DNA of 64,000 nucleotides from Amoebidium appalachense (taxonomy: Eukaryota; Protista; Ichthyosporea). Below are positions 46,313 to 59,772 of this stretch, piece after piece; within the stretch, counting starts at the first letter, position 1; every line of letters starts with the position of its first letter. The position numbers and the translations under genes are program-made. The stretch covers positions 6,376,640 through 6,440,639 of the forward strand of contig CAVNZM010000013.1 of NCBI GenBank assembly GCA_963693365.1, written 5' to 3'. The notes beneath the pieces were generated by a model, which was given only the letters and a program-made list of their open reading frames with translations, was not told where the DNA came from and did no database searches.

Positions 46313-48083
46313 ATGTCTCCGTCACGCTCTCCATCCTCGGAAAAGTCCTTCGACGCCTACACACCATCCAGCGCCCGCCCAAAGCAGCACTTCACACTCA
46401 GTCTGGTATGTTACTTGCTTGATTTTCTGCCTTGTAAAGCTGCTGGTTGTTGTCGTAAAGAAGATTGCAAGGTATTTGAACAACCAGAGGGAGTAAGGTG
46501 TGTACCTCAAGGGTGCATGTTACCGGATCAGTATCAAGGGATGGATTGGGTATGGTAGCAGTTGCTTATTGTCATCTGCCCAGTAGACTATTCTGGATAC
46601 CTGTTTTACTGGTATGAAAGGGAGACACTGGTGTGGGAGGGAGTTGTGCTTGCGGCCGTGCTTGTTCCATGCAGCCGTAACCCGGTTTGATTACCTTTGG
46701 TTAGAAGGTTTGGCGCTTGCTCATCCGGTGTTTTGCCAGGTATCCCAACAAGAAAATGAGGAGTCTTCACCACAGTCCACCAGCTCCACACCAAGAAAGT
46801 CTGGCCAGCACAGAAAGTCCTGGAGCTTGCAAGAGGTATGCTGCGTTTACGAAATGGCTTGATGACCTATGTTTGTGTGCAGGCGTTTTTGGTTGTATGT
46901 GCTTGCACAAAAGTATTTGCTTGTTGTCGTATCTTTGTAGTCCTTGGACAAGGGTGTTTAGTGTGTATTATGCGCTGTGCTGATTGCGGAGGGGCGCACG
47001 GACTTGCTTGGGAGAAGCGAATGCAACGGTGAGGAGGGGGAGTTTAACTACTTTGCCAGCTAGATCTGTCTCCGCATCTGTGTATGAAACAGTCTTAAAC
47101 TCCACCTAGCAACGAAAGCTGAGCGTACTGTATGTGCACTTGCTTCTGTGTTGAAGTTCTCCATGTGCAGGTGTGGTTGTTGCATCGTTTCTCCCTGTGT
47201 CTGCTTGGCGAATGTTCTGTGTTGCAGACCCTGATGCTTGGGTTACTCCTACAGGACGAGTATCTGAAGGAGAAGATTCAACAAGGCATCAGTTTTCACG
47301 ATGTGGCAAAGCAGCTAAACCGCACAGAGGCAGAGTGCAGATATGTAAGTCGAGCATGTGTGTGTGTGCGTGTGTGGGTGTGTGTTTTGTGTGTGCGAAT
47401 TATGTAGGTCGTGCACACAAACACACAGTGTGTGTGTGTGTGTGTGTCAGATATGTAAATCGAACACACAAGCACATGTGTGTATCCTGTGTGCGTGTCT
47501 TGTGTGTGAGAGATGATTCATAATCTCCACACATATGGCACATACGGGACATTCAACTGAAAGTCGTCTAGGGGTCACATGTCTTAGCAAAATAGAATGT
47601 AGTTTCGCATGTACAGGTGGGCTAAAGAAAAAGGTGCGCTCTCTCGGAAGCGTAAATCAAAAGGTTTGGGGGGGGAAGAGGGTGGGGGTTGGGGTTTGGT
47701 GGGGAGGGGGGGGGGGGGGGGGGATTATTGCCAGCGGTGCATGAATGGTTGTTGTAACAACCAAGCATTTGTGCTCATGAACAACGACGCACAAGCACAC
47801 ATACATGCAGATCCTTCCATGGGAATTGTGTTTTGTATGCAGTTTGAAGCGCATAGTTGTTGTTTTTCTGGATTTGGAAGTCCCCCCCCTGGCCTGTAAA
47901 AACTTCATGTGTTTGTTTTTGTCTTGGCTGTTGCTATCCTGTGGTGGCAGTTGAAGCTCTGACAATAATTTCCCATTCCTTCTCAATTCCCTCCCACTGC
48001 CACCGCACATACATGCATCCGCGTGCGCACTCGCACACAAACACATGCACACTCACTACACGCACATAAACACACACATACAT

Positions 48084-48120
<37 letters not shown>

Positions 48121-48387
48121 CACACTCACTACAAACATGTGTGTGCACCCGCACAAAAAACACGCAGCGGTGGCAAACAGTTTTGGACCCCAACCGAGTG
48201 AAGGGCTACTGGACAAGAGAGGTACGCCTTTGGACATTTTTTGCAGCCTTTCCTTCGTGTGCACTTTATTTGGTTGATGCCATGCAATGGGCTTGTTTTA
48301 TGATTCTGGTGAGAGTTCTTTGAAGTTAATGTTTGAATGTTGCGAACATAACCCTGCCCCCCCCCCCCCCCCCCTTTTTTTTTTTTT

Positions 48388-48422
<35 letters not shown>

Positions 48423-49446
48423 GCTGCTGCTGCTGCTGTTATTGTTGAGGGCAGGGTGGGTGTGCATGTGTGTGTGTGTGTGTGTGTGTTTGTTTGTTTG
48501 TTGGCGGGGGAGGGGGGTTGATGCATGTTCTTTCGTCATCACTTGTAAAATTTACCTGCAACAAGGTCATTGTGTGGCTTGAATCTTCCAACAACTTATC
48601 GTATGTGGTTTGTGGTTTATGCTAGCAGTGGGGGGGGGGGGGGGGGGGGGGGGGGTGATGTGGAGTATGTAAAACATAAATAATATCCAGTGCTAATGAC
48701 ATTCTTTCCATCTCTTGGGCTGTTTTTGTTGCTCCTGCAACGTGGTGCCCATTCTGCTTGTGGTGGTGATAGGAAAGAGGGGGGGAGGGGAGGGGGGGGG
48801 GGGGGGGGGGGGGGGGGGCAAGACCTGGCATGCTGTGGCCTTGCACTTGCATTTTTTTGTTTCAATGTGCAAAGCAGAGAGCCCTGCACACTAAGCTACC
48901 AATGCCCTGTTTGTTGCCGTGTGCAAAGCATAGCACCTGACCCATGCTCTGTTTGTTTCTTTGATCGCAAACAGGAGGACGACAAGATCATCGAGCTAGT
49001 GGGCATCCACGGGGAGTACCAGTGGCCCCTCATCTCCTCATACCTGCCCGGCAGAGTTGGCAAGCAGTGCAGATCAAGGTGTGTGGGTGTGGGTGGGTGG
49101 GTGGGTGTTCGTGTGGGTGATTTGGGCTTGTTGTCCCCCCCCCCCCCCTCCCCGGCCCTTCCCACTGCTACTGCCTGTGATATTTGCTCGCACAAGGAAC
49201 CACGCTCGATTCTGTACACCTGATTGTGGGGGGGGGGGGGGAGGTATTCTCACCCTTGTTCAAGTGAAGCAGTATGTGAGTTGGGTTTTGCATACGAGGT
49301 GGATGGGTCGAAACATGGGTAATGTGGATGACTTGGGCACCCTCTGAGAATGGGCTCTGCTTATGATGAACGCTCTTTGTGTGCTTGGTAAAACTTGCAC
49401 TGTCTTCTCTTCTCTTCTCCGTCATGAAAGGGTACTTCGTATTCTG

Positions 49447-49488
<42 letters not shown>

Positions 49489-50229
49489 CACACCCTCCTC
49501 GACCCCCCTCGTACTCATACACACACACCCACACACAAGCGCACATCCATCCCCGTTTTAATGTTCCCATTCTGATTGTTTTTTGTTTTTTTTCCCCTGC
49601 AGATGGCACAACCACCTCAAGCCGGGGATCCGCAAGGGGCCGTGGACACCCGAGGAGGACGAGATGATCATCAAGGCCCAGGCCGAGTGGGGCAACAAGT
49701 GGGCCATGATTGCTAGGATGCTGCCAGGCAGGTGCGTGTTCTTTGCTGGATATTTCTGAACACCTTCCAGAACACAAACGTCCAGAACACCTTTCAGAAC
49801 ACACCTGCACACACACACACAGAGAGAGGAGGAAGAGGGAGGGAGACGGGGGAAAAGGCACACACACACTGTGTGCACACATACATACAAATAAGCACAC
49901 AAACATCCCCGCGTGGGCACATGGGCACACACATGACACTTGGATCTCTCTCTCGGGTAGAATGCACTTGTGTGGCATCCTTTTGGGGGGGGGGGGGGGA
50001 GGGGGGGTGCGGGGGTGCGGGGGTGCCTTTTCATGCATACCTGCGTCAGCATATTCGCCGTGGACTTGTTCTTCGTTCTGTGTATGTACCGGGTTCTACC
50101 CCTTCCCCCCCGGTGGGCCCCGCCTGAGGATGGGCTCTGCTTATTATGCATACTCTTTATGTATGGCTTGCATTCTGCATCGTGTTATCCGTTTGTTCTT
50201 GTGTACTTCGTACTTTTTGACGCATTCAA

Positions 50230-50262
<33 letters not shown>

Positions 50263-50532
50263 ACACACGTGCACACGTACACACCACCACCTCATCTCCT
50301 CCCCCCTCCTCCGCCTGCTGCCGCTCGACTCAGCGGCAGGAATCCTCTTTGTTCGTTTTGGCGTGCTACCTATGCCCACACCCTGTATTATTGACAACGT
50401 TTATCCTCCGTGTGTTTGTGTTGGTGCTTGTGTGATATTCTTCACTACAGCACACTTTTCGTAGTTTCGGGCTTTTGTATGTACTTAGTACTGTATGCCG
50501 TCCAATAATTCAACCCCCCTCCCCCCCCCCCC

Positions 50533-50575
<43 letters not shown>

Positions 50576-51551
50576 GGGGGGGGGGGGGGGGGGTTTGTAG
50601 TTTTGATGGGTGCTCCTGTCCGAGGTCTTTCCTTCGGACATGTATTGTATTTTTCGTCGTTAATGTGTACGCCATATACTTTTCAACACATTCTAACCAT
50701 CCCCCCCTCCCTCTTTGTCTCCCCCAACACACACACACGTACACACACACGTACAGAACGGACAATGCAGTCAAGAACTACTGGAACTCGTCTCTGCGCA
50801 AACGCCACGAAATGCTCAAAGGCAAGCCGGCGGGCCAGCTTGGTCTACCCCCACCCCCGCCCCCAACAACCCCAAATGCACGGAGGGCAGGGGCCAAAGG
50901 CAAAGAACCCCCCCTGGGCTATCCGTCACCAGAGAGCTCCCAGGGGTCCAACAGCCAGGATGGATTTGCGCTACAACATGGTTCCCCACCTGCAAATGTG
51001 CCACGCGAACAGGTTTGAACCCCCCCCCCCCCCCCCCCCCCCCCCTCTCTTCTCCCCTGGCCCCCTGAGGTTGGGTTGTGCGTTTCCATATTCTGTGTGT
51101 GTGCTCTGTTGAGTCTGTGTTGTCCGTTAATGTATATATTGTACTCGGTAACACATTGTTTGCCCCCCCCCCCCCCCCCCCCCCCCGAGGGGAATAGGTC
51201 GAAACTCGGGTACTGTGGATGACGTGGGCCCCCCCTGAGGATGGGCTCTGCTTATTATGCATACTCTTTATGTATGGCTTGCATTCTGCATCGTGTTATC
51301 CGTTTGTTCTTGTGTACTTCGTACTTTTTGACGCATTCAAAACCCCCCCCCCCCCCCCCCCTCCCTTACCCAGTGGTTGCCACTACGCATGTCCGCGCGG
51401 GCACACGCTCACGCCCACCATAGTGAGAGATATAGAGCTAGCCGTCAACATTTTACATTTTTGGGGTGCATAGGAGCTCTTTTTTTTTCCTTCCTGTTCC
51501 TTATATTTCATTCCATTCATGTTAGCTGTATTACGACAGGCACACTGAAAT

Positions 51552-51588
<37 letters not shown>

Positions 51589-52164
51589 AACCCACCCTCC
51601 GGCCCTCCTCCCCTCCTCCCTGCCCCCTCATGCTTGTGATGCATTGTCTTCCTAATTCACGATCGCACTGACATGTATGTGTCCTTCCTTGTGTCCATTA
51701 TACCACTACGCTCACCTATTTGTGTTCTTTTGTGTTCTTTCTTTGTATGCATAATATCACTCCACTGAGACCTTTTCATTTTATTTCCTTTTTAGGGCAA
51801 CAGCACGGGCAGCACACCGACACGGCTCAGCAAGCTAGACCTGCTGTGCCTTGTCAGCACCAGTGCATCCACAAGCGATGCCCTGAGGAGGTTCAATGAG
51901 GCAGTGACCGGCATGGACTCGGCACACCTGCAAAAGTACGTGTCCATCTGTACGCTTGTTTTTGTGCTTGTTTGTGCTTGTGTGTTTGTTGCTCCATCGT
52001 CTGTTTGGCTGGTTGGTTGGTTTGTTATTTGTCCCCCCTGATGATGAGCTGTGTTCCGGGCTGGCAATCCTCTTTTTGTTGTCTCTGGACAGGAGATATT
52101 ATGACTTTGTCGTGTTGTGTGTGTTCTACTCGTATGTTCTTTCTCGAAGCTCTCTAATACACTC

Positions 52165-52203
<39 letters not shown>

Positions 52204-52771
52204 ACACACACACTATTCTGCCTTTGTTATGGATTCTCTGTTTCCTTTTTGCGGTTGCTGGTTGTGGTATGCCTCCTTCAGGCATTGCTCTTCCCCCCCC
52301 CGTGGTGGTGGTGAAACTGTTGTCGTGTGTATGTGTTTGCTTGTGCGTGTGGTGGTGGTTTTATTTATTTATTTATTTTTTGAGGTGGGAGGGGGGGGGG
52401 GGGGGGGAGGAGGGAAGGAGGGGGGGGGGATGGGGGGGATGGGGGGGATGTTCAATGACTCTCCTTTATCTAACTGTTTCTTTTTTCTCTTGTCAGGGGT
52501 GGAGAGGAGAAGGACGCCGGGAGCAAGCGTGGCAGCAAGAGGCGCAAGAGGGGGCAGCACAGTTGGTGGATGGGCCAAAGGCAAAGAGACACTGCGGGGA
52601 GGAGGGGGAGGCGTCCGATGGGGAGAACAGTGGGAATGAGGAGGACCAGACACACTCGGAGGGGGAGGAGACTATGGTGGCCGCACCGGTTACAGGTAGG
52701 TGTGGGGGAGTTTGTTTTGTAAATGTGTGTTGTCTGTGTGATGGTGGTGTTGTGTGGAGCGGTGTGTGTGT

Positions 52772-52802
<31 letters not shown>

Positions 52803-52957
52803 GGGGGGTCATATTTGGGTGCTATGCTTGTTTTCGCAAGCAGACCTGTAGCCCATACATGGGTGTATCTGTGTGTTGTAAGTGTATGTCCGGTTATGGG
52901 GCACTGGTACAGGTGTGTGTGTGTGTGTGCGTTCATGCGCGTGTCTCTCTCTCTCCC

Positions 52958-52991
<34 letters not shown>

Positions 52992-53263
52992 TCGTGTGCT
53001 TCTGTGCCTCTATGCCTCTGTGCCTGTATGTGTGTGTGTGTGTAGCATGCTCGAGCGCTGGTGTATGCATCTACACCTGCGTGTCTGTATTTCACTTTGC
53101 ATCCACATGTTTGCTTACCACTGCATTGCACGCACCAACACTCGTCTCTTTCTTCCCTACAGGCATTGTTGAATCCGACACCCCCCGGCCCCAAGTTGCC
53201 CCCGACGGAGAGACCATAAAGGATCTGCACCACTTCCTTTGGCAGGGTCGCCGTGGCCTGTAA
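46313..53263 (+). CDS. MYB: Three-repeat Myb (R1R2R3) transcription factor
   Basis: Exons 46313-46405, 46740-46835, 47255-47344, 48168-48221, 48975-49078, 49603-49731, 50757-51012, 51796-~51939, 52497-~52696, 53163-53263. Repeats include KGYWTREEDDKIIELV...[29 protein letters not shown]...[25 protein letters not shown], with a divergent R1 (KSWSLQEDEYL...RTEAECRYRW). The donor near 51935-39 is ambiguous. Confidence 0.9.
49190..49449 (+). mobile_element. Degenerate full-length copy D of the ribozyme-headed repeat in a Myb intron
   Basis: Aligns with copy B (caagtgaagcagtatgtgagttggg...ggtcgaaac...gtggatgacttggg...ctgagaatgggctctgctt). Core reads CUGAGAA, stem III is mismatched and poly-G interrupts the 5' domain. 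Confidence 0.7.
50113..50229 (+). mobile_element. 5'-truncated copy of the ribozyme-headed repeat
   Basis: Near-identical to 9463-9579. Preceded by a short C run and followed by poly-C. Confidence 0.85.
51186..51342 (+). mobile_element. 5'-truncated copy of the ribozyme-headed repeat
   Basis: Near-identical to 9425-9580, embedded between two poly-C tracts. Confidence 0.85.
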
Positions 53264-54029
53264 GAATCTTCGGGTTAGTAATTTTTATGGCTTAGAAATG
53301 CAATCCAATACGACTTTTAGAGGTTTGAAATATCTTCGGTGGTGGTGGTGGCGGTGGGGAAGTTGGTTTGTTTGTGTTTGCGGAAATGGGGATGTTTTTG
53401 CTGATTTATTTGTTTATTCATCTACCTTTTTCTGTGCGGTTTCTTTTGTTGGGGGGGGGGGGGGGGTTCTATGTCTGGCATGGGAGGTGTATTGTGTTTG
53501 CGAAAGGAAGGTATGTTAAGAGGCCGAAGAAAGGCAAACAATTATTGTTAACTAAATGAATGTATATAGATCCGTTGGCAAAAAAGGCGGCGGGGTTCCA
53601 TTTATGCGGGCGGTTTCTTATGCTCGTCCCTTTGTTTTCCGTGTTTCGTTTTTGTTTGTCTGTCAGCGTGTCTGTGGCACGTTTATTTGGTTTGGTTTGG
53701 TTTCCTGTGACGCCCTTCCGCTAATCCTTTTCCACTTTTTGTGACCTCTCATAGTAACCCCCCCCCCCTCCCCCCCCCCCCCCCCCCCCTTCCCCCTCTC
53801 CTTCTAATGTCAAATAGTTTTCGTAACTAGCGTTGTCATAATCTCGAAAAAATAGTTGGGGGTTTTTGTTAATGTAAGCGGCGGATCTTTTCTTTTGGCT
53901 TGTGGTTGTGTGAACCTATGCCTTTTTGTCTGGTTGTGGCAGCTCTGTCGTTTTAGTGTGATGGTGATGCCCCTAAATTGCTCGTTTTTCCCTTTCCTTT
54001 CCTTTCCTTTTCTTTCTTTCTTTCTTTCT

Positions 54030-54063
<34 letters not shown>

Positions 54064-54364
54064 GTCTACTCTTTCTCTTCTTGTTCTTCTTTTCTTTTCT
54101 CCTTCGTTGTAGGTCTATGAGGTGAACAAAGCCTCGTGTGAGGGTTAAGTCGATTCATGACGTAGAACATATGCGCACGTGCACTCATTTCACACATGCG
54201 CAACCACACTACAAGTGTCCGTTTTGAGAGCAGTAATCGTTATTGTTTTGCTTGGTTTCTAGCAGGAACATGCGTATATATTCTTCTGCGTGTTTCACGC
54301 ACGTAATGCGTCGGGTACGCTTACGTGTAATGTTCTACTAGTTCCGGGTGTGATAACTTGCAGC

Positions 54365-54412
<48 letters not shown>

Positions 54413-55077
54413 TTTGTATTGTTTTCCTGTGCTGGTATATTGGCACGCACGACAATATGTCGGTAGCGTAAAAGAATATTGTATACCAATTCATGTGGCT
54501 AACGTACAGAACCAAAAGGCAAAAGATATGAAAAATACAAAGGAGAAAGAGCATTCGAGAATATAAACTTTAACATGTGATCATGGGTGTGTATGGATGT
54601 ATGCCTCCCCCCCCCCCCCAAACACACACACACACGCACACAAAGACGTGGGTGTGTGTATGCTTGTAGAATCATTACCAACGTACACACACACACACAC
54701 GTGCACACGTGCTATGTGGTACAAACCGTTCGTACACGTGCACATGCATGCTATAGGACACACACATAAACATGCCATTGCAACAGTGCACACACACACA
54801 CACATTGCCACTATCATGATCATCAATCCCCGTGAAGATATCAGCGCATATTATATTCGGATAAGTTGCGCATGCGCATGCCCCACCCCAGTCATACATG
54901 GCCTATTGTTAGCCGTGATATTGGTGGCAAGTGTTTTGAACGTGTGACTGTAAAAATCGGGCCTGACGGTAACAAATTCGAACGAAACTATACTGGTCAG
55001 TCCTTGAGGAAGGATGATGTCATTAATCGAGAGAAAAGAGAGGGGGGGGGGGGGGCACTAAAAGGGGGGAGGGGAAG

Positions 55078-55107
<30 letters not shown>

Positions 55108-55110
<3 letters not shown>

Positions 55111-55146
55111 CTCAGAAGCTGCAAAAAACCACCAATTGCAAGTTGG

Positions 55147-55180
<34 letters not shown>

Positions 55181-55273
55181 TTCCCCTCTCCCGCCAACTA
55201 CCACCACCACCATCCCGGGGGAACCCATTCTGGAAACATCAGGAACGTTAACTTTGGGCCGCCCCTGTTCTTT

Positions 55274-55310
<37 letters not shown>

Positions 55311-56275
55311 TCCCCAGGCCTCGAATTGAATCAGAAACCGCCCCTGTTGGAACAACCCCCTCCCCGCCCTTCTGATTAACTGGCAGGGGCCCAGTCTAAC
55401 ATTAAAAACCGCCTTGCAAGGTAAGGACCTCCTTACTCCCCCCCCCCCCCCCCTCCCCGCCCTCCTCCCCCCGGCCTCCGTATCCCGCCCCCAACCCCTC
55501 CCACCCCAAGCAAACATCAAGACCCTGGACCCCCCACTCCACCGCAGTCTAGAAAACAATAAAACTGCCCCTGTGGGACCCTCTGCACGGCCCGACAGGG
55601 GGGGCTGGGGGAGGGGGGGAGAGGGGGGAAGGGGGGGGAGGGGGGGGGGGGGGGGGGGGCTGCGGAGCCGGAATGGGTGAGAGGGTCAAAACCGTCCCAG
55701 GACCTTTTGGAACTGCCTCACGCAACCCGACCTCTGTTTTTTTTTTTTGGGGGGGGGAGGAGGGGGGGGAGAGGGGGGGGGGGGGGAGGGGGGGCCGGGG
55801 GGGGGAGGGGCTAGAAAACGTTAAAGTGGCACCGCCGTTGCCCCCCTCCCCCCCTCCCCCCCCCCTCCCCCCTGACAACCATCTAAATCGCACCTGCTGG
55901 ACAATCCCTTGGAGGGCGCCGGGGGGGGGGGGGGGGAGGGGGGGGAGGGGGAGGGGGGGGGGGGGGGGGGGAAGGGGGGGGGGCCGGAAGGGGGGGGGGG
56001 GGGGGAAGGGGAACAGTCTAGAAAAAAATCAAAATCGCCTCCGTGGACCCCCCCCCCCGCCCCCCGCCGCCCCCCCCCTGCGGCCCCCCCCTCCCCGGGG
56101 GGAGGATCTAGAAAACATCAAAAACCGCCCCGGTTGGACTTCATCAACCCCTCCCCACCCATGGCACCCACCCACCCACCCACCCCCCACCCACCCTGGG
56201 CCCCAAGCCATGAAATTATCAAAACTGCATCTGTTGGACCCGCCCCCCTCCTGCCCCCCGCCCAACCACACACGT

Positions 56276-56309
<34 letters not shown>

Positions 56310-56419
56310 AGGAGAAAACGTCAAAATTGCCCCTGCCCCCCCCCCCCTCCCCCCCTCACACACACACACAGTCTAGAAAACATCAAAACTGCCCCTGTTG
56401 GAACCACCCGAGGGAGAGC

Positions 56420-56457
<38 letters not shown>

Positions 56458-58050
56458 ACACACACACAGTCTAGAAAACATCAAAATTGCCCCTGTTGGA
56501 ACCACCCGAGGGAGAGGGGGGGGGGGGGGGGGGGGGGGAGGGGGGGGGGGGGGGGGGGGGAAATCAGAAAACATCAAAACCGCACCTGCTCAGGAACTCC
56601 CTTCCCTTTTTTGGGAGAGGGGGGGGAGGGGGGGGGGAGGGAGGGAGGGAACAGTCTAGAAAACATCAAAACTGCCCCAGGGCCTGTTGAAACCCCCCAC
56701 CCCGGTCCCCCGGGGGATTCTATTCTTCCCGTAGACACTGCCCCTGTTAGACCCCCCCGCCCCCCCCCCCCCCCCCCCCCCCACACACACACACCTCCTG
56801 CCCCCCTGTGGGAGGGAATCGGGGGCATTCTAGAAAACACCAAAAACCACCCGGTGTTGAAAAAAAACCCCCTTAAGAGTCAAGACATCATCACAACCTG
56901 CCCCTGTTGGACCCCCCCTTCCCGCACCTCCACTCGCAGGGGCCCAGTCCCGAAAACATGATCCCCCTGTACCCACCCATGGCCACAAGTTTTTTTTTTG
57001 GGGGGGCGGGGGGACATAAAAACATCAAAACTGCCCCTGTTAACCCCCCCCACCCATCCTCCCCCCTCCCCCCTCCCCAACCACCACCACCCCTCCTAAC
57101 CAAAGTAAACATCAAAACCCTGGACCCCCCCCCCCCCCCCCCACGTGCACTCCCCCACAGTCTAGAAAACATCAAAACTGCCCCTGTTGGAACCCCCTCC
57201 TGGGGAGAGGGGAGGGCAGTCTAGAAAACATCAAAACCGACTCTCTTGGGCCCCCCTCCCTCCCCTCCCCCCGGCCCCTCCCCCGAAGACTTAGTAAATT
57301 GCAGCTGCAGGACCCCACCTGCTCAGGGGGGGGACAGTCTACATGCCCATTGCTTATTGGACCCCCCCCCCCCCCCCCCCGAGAAAACATCAAAACCGAC
57401 TTTCTTGGCCCCCCCTCCCTCCCTCCCCCCGGCCCCTCTCCCCGAAGACTTAGTAAATTGCAGCTGCAGGACCCCACCTGCTCAGGGGGGGGGAACAGTC
57501 TAGAAAAATTGAAACTGCCCATTGCTTATTGGCACCCCCCCCCCCCCCCCCTCCCTCCCCGGGGGGGGGGGGGGGGATCCTAGGGGGGTTTCTAGAAAAC
57601 ATCAAAACCGCCCCTGTTCGTGCCCCCCTCCCTCCCCCCCCCCCCCCCCCCACACACACAGACACAGACACGGGGACAAGCACACACCTCTCACCCATAT
57701 CCATGACTGCCGACCCGTCTGAGTGCCTCAACTCTTTCATCTCCCCCCCCCCCCCCCCCCTCCCTGCCTCTTCCCCCCTCCCCTCCTTACCCCACGGGAT
57801 ATAGGCACGGGGGCAGGCTAGAAAAACATAAAACACACCTGCTGCACGCGTTGCAGGGTCCCCCTACCATGGCCAGGGGGCGCCGAAGGAGGACGAGGGG
57901 AGGGGGGAGGGGGGGGGGAAGGGGGGCAAGGGGGGAGGGGGCGGCAGCAGCCAAAAACCTCAAACCCGCCCCTCTTTGACCCCCCCCCCCCCCCCCCCGG
58001 GGGGGAAAGAGGGCCTAGGAAACATCAAAACCGCCCCTTTTGGAACCAAC
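55108..58050 (+). repeat. Array of about 30 degenerate ~35-bp direct repeats separated by poly-C/poly-G-rich spacers
   Basis: Consensus acagtctagaaaacatcaaaactgcccctgttggaacc. Best copies at 56368, 56466, 56651 and 57157. Higher-order duplications at 56361-56515 and 57220-57535. Confidence 0.85.
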
Positions 58051-58068
58051 TTCAAGTGCCCCCCCCCC

Positions 58069-58101
<33 letters not shown>

Positions 58102-58333
58102 CGTAGCCGGCTGGTGTACCGGGCGTTGACCCTCAGGCTCCCTTTTGCCGGCCTGGGTCTATATAGTGTACCTCCAAATCCACCCAGGCTGTACAAGTGA
58201 GACCTTGTGAATTAGCTGGCCGTTTGTTTCGGGCAATACTTCTGGGGCAACGAGAGCCTATGATCACTCACACAGTGCAGCATACTCTGTGCGGTATGTG
58301 TGTGTGTGTGTGTGTGTGCGCGCGCGCGCGCGC

Positions 58334-58375
<42 letters not shown>

Positions 58376-59074
58376 CCGCCGGGAGAAGGGGGGGGGGGGG
58401 GGGAGGGTTGCACACGCGTGTGCGCAGGTGTGTGGGCTCGGGGTGTGTGTGTGCACGGTGTGTGTGCATCTGCATAATGCATGCGCATGCTTGCGTGTGT
58501 GATGAACGTGTGTGCGTGTGTTCGTGTGCGCAGGTGTTCGTGTGTACGTGTGCGCGTGTGTGATGAGTACGTGCATATGAGTCACAGTGTGTGTGTGTGC
58601 GTGCATATGAAATGTATGTGTGCATATGTGTGGCACGTACGTGTACTTGTGTGTGCTGGCGTGCGTGTGCATGTGTGTGACACTGTGTGCGTGTGTGTGT
58701 GCCACGGTGTGTGTGTGTTTGTGATTGTGTTTGTGTGTGTGTGTATGACACCCTGTGTGTGTGTGTGCGTGGCAGTGAAACTCTGGTGTAAGGCACTTTA
58801 ACGATTTTTTGAGGGAAATTTGCATTTACTAAGTAAAATTGTATAACTTTGTGCAGGTTTGAGCATAACGTTATGCACGTTTCAAAAAAATTAAAAATGT
58901 AATAACTTGGGAACCGTTCAACCAAAATGCACCAAGTTTTCACAGTTAGTGTGTTATACCCCCTGCACACGTACACTGAGATACCAGCAAAACAGTTTGA
59001 TCTGCTCAAGCGATCAAGAAAAAACATGAAAAATCTTTTAAAAAACTTTAGGTCAAAATTTTCGGTAAAATCCC

Positions 59075-59116
<42 letters not shown>

Positions 59117-59772
59117 CCTTGTACTACGCGTAACAGTTGTTGCAGTGACATGCCTGTATATACCGGCTGAGACTCAGGCACACACCTTGTTTAGCTACGC
59201 ACAGTGAGACAACAACTTGAAGAAGTTGTTGCAATGTATTAACTTGTTGCAATGTATTAATGACTTGTACAGCTTACCACAGATTAAATAGTCACAGTGG
59301 GGGTTCAAGGGAAAAAGAGAGGGGGGAAGCTATGATAACGCTACATTGTCAATTAGTACTCGAGAGAACGTTCATTGGTTGCTGTACCGTTGGTCATTCT
59401 AATAAACTTACTAACCACTATGTACATATTGAGTGCAATCATTGACGGGTTTTTAAATTAAAAAATCAATTCCGATTGTTGCCAGTGGTTGTGCTCGGTG
59501 AAAAAAGGTTGAACGATGCCACGAAAAGTTCTACTCGGTACACACAGCTAAATTACCGCGCGGTATAGTATTACTTAAAAGACAACAATCCAGTACCGTA
59601 ATAAACTATTGGATGTTGCATGGTCTATTACTGAGTGCCTTCTAGACCAGGTACACGTTGCCACACTGTTGAAAATACTAAACTGACTCGTGACTTTTCC
59701 AAGTGAATAAATTTTTATCACAGCCACTGTAACATGATCATGGGGTAAAAAAAAAAGACTGTTCGAGGTATT

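Noticed and set aside
55108-58050. CRISPR array
   Set aside because: Eukaryotic context, degenerate repeats, low-complexity spacers of irregular length and no cas genes.
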